DNA of 64,000 bases from the human T2T-CHM13v2.0 reference genome, Homo sapiens. The notes beneath the pieces are model-generated. The model was given only the letters and a program-made list of their open reading frames with translations. It was not told the origin of the DNA and did not search any database. Every line of letters starts with the position of its first letter. The first letter of the stretch is position 1. The stretch lies in NCBI RefSeq assembly GCF_009914755.1, contig NC_060932.1; one strand, 5' to 3'. Of the stretch, positions 57,745 through 64,000 are shown piece after piece. The position numbers were made by a program, and so were the translations under genes.

Positions 57745-59848
57745 TAATTAGGAGTAGGGCTAGAAGGAATGGAATAAAAAAGGAGACAAAGTAGAGTTTA
57801 ATTAGGCCTGAGTAGATACCATAATGGAGGGTGAAATTTGGGTTTGTGTAATGGTCTTCGGTATAGATTTTTCTAGTCAAATTGGGTCTAGTAGAAGTGT
57901 GGCTGGATTTCAGCTTGTGAATAGGCCTAAGTGGGGGATTGTATGGTGAATTGTGGCTGAATAAAATCCTAGTATGTTGGAGAAGTTGAAAGTCTGTAGG
58001 GGGTGTTTTAGTTTAAGATTATTAGTTATAAAATTAAGTTCCATTGCTAGTGAGAAACCTAAGATGGTCACACCAAGGGCTGTGAATTCAGGTGGAGTGG
58101 CATGGTTGTTTGTGGGGATGAAACAGGAATGGTACTGCTGGTGATGAGGAATCCGGCGAAGATGCTAGCGATTGTTAGGCGCTTGAGTTAGTTAGGAAGA
58201 GGTTATTTTTGTTCATAGTAATTAGAGTTGTGAAGCAAAGTTGTCCTATTAGTGCACAAAGAAAATAATACGGGTACTATAGACAGCTGTCAAGGAGGTG
58301 GCAATAGGGTAATAAAAAGGGCTCATGGCCAGGCACAGTGGCTTATGCCTGTAATCCCAGCATTTTGGGAGGCTGAGGCAGGAGGATCATGAGGTCAGGA
58401 GATCGAGACCATCCTGGCCAACATGGTGAATCCCCGTCTCTACTAAAAATACAAAAAAACTTGCTGGGCATGGTGGCATGTGCCTGTAATCCCAGCTACT
58501 TGGGAGACTGAGGCAGGAGAATCGCTTGAACCAGAGAATCAGACGTTGTAGTGAGCTGAGATCGCACCACAGCATTCTAGCCCAGGAGACAGTGCCAGAC
58601 TCCGTCTCAAAACAAAAAGAAAAAAACAAACAAAAAAAGTGCTCAGGGGTTGGTGTATGATGTGTTTGCAGTTTCAATGATGAAGTCTTTAGAGTAGGAG
58701 CCTGTAAGGAAAGGTATACTTGTAAGTGCAAGTGTGCTGATAATAAGGGAGGAGGAAGTGAGGGGCAAAGTCTTGAATAGCCCTCCTATTCTTTGGATGT
58801 CTTGTTCATCACTGAGGCTGTGGATGATGGACCCTAAACATATAAATAATATAGCTTTACAAAAGGCTTGGGTGCAGATGTGAAGGAATGCTAGGAGTGG
58901 CTGATTAATGCCTATTGTGACTATTATAAGGCCTAGCTGACTTGACGGAGAATGTTATGATTTTTTTTGATATTGTTTTGTGTTAGAGCACAGATTGCTA
59001 GAAATAAGGTAGTAACAGCCCCCAGACATAATGTAAGGGTTTGGATTGATAAATTATTTTCTATTAAAGGGTAGAAGCAGATGAGCAGGAAAACTCCTGC
59101 TCCGACTATAGTGCTGGAGTGGAGTAGGGCTGAGAATGGGGTTGGATCTTCTATGGTGGTGCAAGTCAGGGATGAAGGCTGAATTGAGCTGACTTTCCTG
59201 CTGCTGCCAAGAGAAGGCTAATCAATGGAAGGGAGTTGGGGGTAGGATCTAGAATAAACATTTGTTGAAATTCTCATGTGTTAGAGGATGGGAGGAACCA
59301 TGCCATAGCTAAGATAAAGCCAACATCTCCGATGTGGTTGTACAGGACTGTTTGGAGGGCTGCTGTTTTAGCATCTGCTTGGACATACCATTAGCCGATT
59401 AGCAAGAAGGATGATTCCTATGCCTTCTCATTCGATAAAGAGCTGAAAGAGGTTGTTGGCAGTAACCAGAATAATGTGATAAGGAAAATAAGTAAACATT
59501 TGGAAAACTCATTCATGTTAGGGTCTGAGTTTATGTATCATATTGAGAATTCTATAATAGATCAGGTAACGAATAGTGCTACTGGGATAAATATTGTAGA
59601 GAAGTAGTCTCGTTTGAAGCTTAGAGTTTGAGGGTCTGGATCATCATTCAATGTCAGTTTGAGATAATGACTTCTTGGTCTGTGCATATAAACATTGTTG
59701 CAGGGATGAGGCTAATGATGAAGGCACATGTGATAGATATTTTTACATAATTTGGGTATGAACTTTTTTGCAGGTGTTGGTTAAGGTAGCAGTAATTGGT
59801 AGGCAAGGGGACTAGGGCTGTTGCATCAGTGGAAGAATACATGCTTGT
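57745..59848 (-). pseudogene. MT-ND5 pseudogene, Alu-interrupted
   Basis: SYPNYVK...FIISLIPATMFICTDQEVIISN and the [10 protein letters not shown] region; position between tRNA-Leu and ND6. Confidence 0.92.
58327..58635 (+). mobile_element. AluSc-like SINE inserted in the ND5 pseudogene
   Basis: GGATCATGAGGTCAGGAGATCGAGACCATCCTGGCCAACATGG; TSD AAAAAG(G/T)GCTCA (58314-25 / 58634-45). Confidence 0.9.
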
Positions 59849-60047
59849 TACTTTTATTTGGAGTTGCACCAGTGTTTTTGGTTCTTAAGACCAACGGATG
59901 ACTCTCATCCTTTAAAAGTTGAGAAAGCCATGTTGTTAGACATGGGGGCATGAGTTAGCAGTTCCTGCATACATTCTCGGTAGATAAGAAATTGAAGGCT
60001 TCTATTGTTAGATCCACAATCTAATGTTTTGCTTAAACTACAGCTAC
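59849..60047 (-). tRNA. mt-tRNA Leu(CUN) 59849-59919, Ser(AGY) 59920-59978 and His 59979-60047 pseudogenes
   Basis: Reverse complement ACTTTTAAAGGAT...GGTGCAACTCCAAATAAAAGTA, GAACTGCTAACTCATGCCCCCATGTCTAACAACATGGCTTTCTCA and TTAGATTGTGGATCTAA. Confidence 0.87.
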
Positions 60048-61409
60048 AGCATGCAAGCCCCAAAATAATTTTAGGGTCTAAGGATAGTAGGAAGATAGGT
60101 GCTAGATATATAAGTATTAATGTGTTTTTCTCGTGTAAAGGAAGGTTTGATATGTTGATATGATACGTAAGTGTCCTTCGTTGTGATTAGCATACACAGG
60201 GAGTAAAGGGCTGTAATTAGTATACTAAGTCCTATAAGCATAATAGTGATATTTGACGAGGAGAGTGAGGCCATAGTCACAAAGAGTTCTTCTACTAGAT
60301 TAATGGTAGGGGGTAAGGCAAGGTTAGTCTGATTTGCTAGAAGTCATCCTGAGGCTATTAGTGGGAGTAGTGTTTGAAGGCCTCAGTAAGTAATATGGTT
60401 CATCTATGGGCTCATCATAGTTTGAGTTTGCTAGGCAGAATAGTAGGGATGAAGTGAGTCCATAAGCAATTATAGGGGTGACCGCACCTGTAAAGCTCCA
60501 AGGGATCTGGATGAGAATAGCCATAATAACAAGTGCTATGTGGCTTATGGAGGAGTAGGCAATAAGTGATTTTAAATTGGTTTGTTGTAGACAAATAGAG
60601 CTTGTCATGATTATTCCTCATAGGGATAGCATGAGGAAAGGGTAGGCTATATGTTCTGTTAGGGGGTTGAGGATGAGAGTAAGTCATATTATTCTGTAAC
60701 TGCCTAGCTTTAGGAGTTCTGCTGCAAGTACTACTGAGCCGCCAATAGGGGCTTCTACGTGGGCTTTGGGGACTCACAGGTGAAGTCCATATAGAGGTAT
60801 TTTTACTACAAAAGCCATGATACATGCCAGTCATAGAAGATTGTTGGATCAGAAGGTTAACAGCTCTTGGGTAGTAAGTATTATTACTACTATGTTTAGT
60901 GAACCTGAAGTATTTTAAGTATAAACAAGAGCTACGAGTAGAGGTAGGGATCCTACTAGTGTATAAAATAAGAAGTATGAGTCTGTGTTAAGGTGTTCTG
61001 TTTGATTACCTCAGCGGGTAATGATAATTAGGGTAGGAACTAGCATGGCTTCAAAGAGGATATAGAATATAATTCGTTCTGTGGCTGTAAATGTTATGAT
61101 TAAATAAGTCTGTAGGGAGATCAGCATAGAAATATAGAGCTTTTTTCATGGAAGTGACTCATTAGGTGATGTTGTTGCTAGAATTATAAGAGGTAGCAGT
61201 CAGGTTGTTAAGATTAGAAGGGGTGATGTCAGTGGGTCAGGAGAGACAATTAATGAGAAGTTGGATGAGTTATCATTGAGTTGGTTAAAAAATAGTAGGC
61301 TGATGAGGCTGATGAGTAGGCTGTGGGTAACCATGTTGATTCAGATTATAGAATTTTTAGAGAACCATGTTATTGGTAATAGTATGATTGTTGGAATAAT
61401 TTTTAGCAT
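60048..61409 (-). pseudogene. MT-ND4 pseudogene
   Basis: ATGCTAAAA start; [27 protein letters not shown] and [15 protein letters not shown]. Confidence 0.94.
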
Positions 61410-61546
61410 TGAAGTAAATTTAGATTTTGTGTGTAATCTAGGCCATATGTACTGGAGATTGAAACTAGTATGGCAAAGGCCACTGCAGCTTCGCAGGCAG
61501 CAAATACTAGGAGGATAATGGGTATTATGTTCGCTAGAGCGAAATG
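61403..61546 (-). pseudogene. MT-ND4L pseudogene, 3' half only
   Basis: [22 protein letters not shown]...[14 protein letters not shown], with the 7-nt overlap with ND4. Confidence 0.9.
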
Positions 61547-62182
61547 TGAAGTCCTTGAAAGCCTGTGGCTATAAAGAATGTGGATCCGTAGATTCCATCA
61601 GAGATAGTAAAGGGGGCCTTGAAATATTCTGAGGCTTGTAGAAGGGTAAATACCTAAGGTAATTGTGATGGATAGTGCTTGAAGTATCTCCTTTCGACTA
61701 CCTTCTATTAGGCTGTGGTGAGCCCAAGTAATTGACACTCCTGATGTGAGTAATACAGATATACTCAGGAGGGGGACTTCTAAGGGGTTGAGGGGAAAAA
61801 TGCCTGTTGGGGATCAGTATCCTCCTAATTCTGGAGTTGGGGCTAGACTGGAGTAGTAGAATGCCCAGAAGAAACCAGCAAAATAGAATATCTCTGAGAT
61901 AATAAATAGAATTATTCCATATCAGAGGAATGATTGACAATTGATGTAAGGTGGCCTTTTTTTTGGACGATTGATGTGAGGGGGCCTTGAAATGTACTTT
62001 CTCAGGTAATGTCACGTCATCATTGGTATATGGTTAGTGTGTTGGTCAGCAGGCCCAGGGTTAAGAGGGTAATAAAGTGAAATCACATGGCCAGGCCAGA
62101 TTTATGAGGAGAGCTGAGAGAGCTCCTGTTAGTGGTCGGGGCTGGGTTTAACTATGTGGTTGGCATGTGTTTGGTGGGTCAT
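61545..62182 (-). pseudogene. MT-CO3 pseudogene, 3'-truncated
   Basis: ATGACCCACCAAACACATGCC start; ends at [18 protein letters not shown]. Confidence 0.92.
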
Positions 62183-62905
62183 TATGTGTTGTTGTGTAGG
62201 TAAAGGCTTACTAATTGTGTAAAGACATAGTAATAAGGGCTATGGTGAATTCGAGGATGGTTTGTAAGATTAGGATGATGAGAGCGATTGAAGCTGTGGG
62301 AAGACTGAGTTGATAATACTAGTGTGGCTCCTCAAATTAAACGCATTAGTAGGTGTCCAGCTGTAATGCTGGCTGTTAATCGCATAGCTAGTGCCATTGG
62401 TTGAATGAATAGGCTAACAGTTTCAATGATCACTAGCACAGGGATAAGTGGTACAGGTGTGCTTGAGGTAAAAAGTGAGCTAAGGAAGCTTTCATCTTAA
62501 AGCAGAAGCCTGTAACTACTGCGCCACCTCATAGGGGGATTGCTATTCCTAGATTTATTGATAACTGGGTAGTTGGTGTAAATGAATGGTGTGGAAGCCT
62601 GAGGAGATTGGTTGAAGCAATGAAGAGAAATAGGGAGATCAGTATAAGGGATCAGGTTCGCCGTTTAACATTATGGATTATTTTTATTTGTTTTAGTACA
62701 AGGTGAATTAGTCACTGTTGAATGGAAGTCAGTCGGTTACTGATTAGATGACTGGAGGTTGGAAATAGTATGGTGGGAAATAAAATGATTAATACTACTG
62801 CGGGTAGGCCTAGAATTATTGGGGTAATAAAAGAGGTGAATAGATTTTCATTCTTTTAATTCTCAAGGGGTTTTATGTTTTTGCATTTTGATTATTTTTG
62901 GGTTA
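62182..62905 (-). pseudogene. MT-ATP6 pseudogene plus the 3' part of ATP8
   Basis: [45 protein letters not shown]; start ATG lost by a 1-nt deletion. Confidence 0.9.
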
Positions 62906-63307
62906 TTTTGGGTCTCTTGCAATAGAGAAGGAAGGAGGCAAACAGAATAGGAGAGGGCAATTTGTACAGAGAGGGAAAATTCACCTGAGGGCTAAAATAA
63001 ATGTAATCCCTAATTACTACACTGAAAGCATGGCAGAAATTCTATAGCCCTTCCATGGCTTATATAAACTATACTTTAAAAATAGCTATATCTTTTTTAA
63101 AAAGAGAAATGCTCAATGAAAGGGCAACTCCAAATGCCTTGTAATAGAAAACTGTTCTCAAACAAAATGAGAGCACTTTGCTGAGTCAGAATGTGGTGTT
63201 TCTTACATTTTGTTTTCATTTGGGCCCAGCCCCAAACTGTGATTTGCTTATCAAGATCACGAGTGATGGAGACTAGAAGCCAGGTTTACATTAAAGATTG
63301 ATGTTGG

Positions 63308-63575
63308 GGCCAGGGGTGGTGGCTCATGCGTGTAATCCCAGCACTCACTTGAGTCCAGGGGTTTGAGACCAGCCAGGCCAATATGGTGAAACCCTGTTTC
63401 TATTAAAAATACAAAAATTAGCTGGGCATGGTCGTTCATGCCTGTAATACCAGAAAACTCAAGAGGCTGAGGTAGGAGGATCACCTGAGCCCCGGAGGCA
63501 GAGGTTGCAGTGAGCCAAGATTGCACCACTGCACTCCGGCATGGGTGACAGAGCAAGACTCTTAAAAAAAAAAAA
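63308..63575 (+). mobile_element. AluJ/S-type SINE with a left-monomer deletion
   Basis: CCCAGCACT joins directly to CACTTGAG; TSD AAAGATTGATGTTG (63293-306 / 63575-588). Confidence 0.9.
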
Positions 63576-64000
63576 AAGATTGATGTTGAGATGCCATAAT
63601 TATTGAGACTTGGAAAGAAAACCTTCAGGTGGTAGCTAAGAATGTGGTAGTTTTATAATATTGGGCTATTTCAAATTTTCTGTAAATCAATTTATTTCTT
63701 AAAAAGGATTTGACCAAAACTACCTTGATAGTTTTAGGCAGCATAGCATCCCTCTTCAAAAGGACTTTGTGCAAATGAAATAATACACTGGCAAATGAAA
63801 ATATACCTTGTGGAAGAATCTTCCAAGGCTTATTGCCTATGCGATGGAGAAGGAAATATAGACAGACATTTAATATCAGAGCAAAATGTTTGTTTACAGG
63901 AAATCAGATCTTATGAACCTCTGAAAGAAGCTGACTAGATGATCAGGGTTGCTCTTTACTGGGGGACAGGTAAGACCACTTCTAAACTTCAAATGTATCT

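Larger units (their letters stand above)
54955..62905 (-). pseudogene. Large ancient NUMT (control region to ATP8), mitochondrial H-strand on +
   Basis: Vertebrate mitochondrial gene order CR-P-T-CYTB-E-ND6-ND5-L-S-H-ND4-ND4L//CO3-ATP6-ATP8, with many indels and an Alu insertion. Confidence 0.97.

Noticed and set aside
57728-57750. Apparent 17-nt ND5/ND6 overlap as in non-primate mammals
   Set aside because: A small nuclear deletion removing the ND5 stop would look the same, so it cannot be resolved without alignments.
59880-59895. tRNA-Leu(CUN) anticodon reading TAA instead of TAG
   Set aside because: Most simply a single post-insertion mutation in a non-functional NUMT tRNA, not evidence of anticodon reassignment.

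Overview
This is primate (human-like) nuclear DNA, repeat-dense and apparently intergenic or intronic. I find no intact host protein-coding gene. The longer ORFs in the track come from L1, Alu, a NUMT or a processed pseudogene, and the rest look like chance ORFs. Main contents: (1) a full-length, TSD-flanked, inactivated L1PA7/8-like element (9163-16410, -) carrying an AluY and a solo LTR2 in its 5'UTR; (2) a three-level LTR nest, MER21 > MLT2 > MST (28455-30293); (3) an old near-full-length L1MA (41967-50786, +) that splits a MER69B/Arthur1-type hAT element and hosts a NACA processed pseudogene, an MSTB LTR and four Alus; (4) a ~7.9 kb ancient NUMT (54955-62905) running from the control region through CYTB, ND6, ND5, ND4 and ND4L to CO3, ATP6 and part of ATP8, with a ~0.8 kb internal deletion, an AluSc-like insertion and non-human, ancestral-looking mitochondrial characters. 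Smaller oddities are a 270-bp locally templated copy inside a TA/CA microsatellite and two perfect hairpins that look like repair scars. I see no convincing novel biological system; the interest is in molecular fossils and mutational mechanisms. Repeat subfamily names are from recall of consensus sequences and need RepeatMasker/Dfam confirmation.
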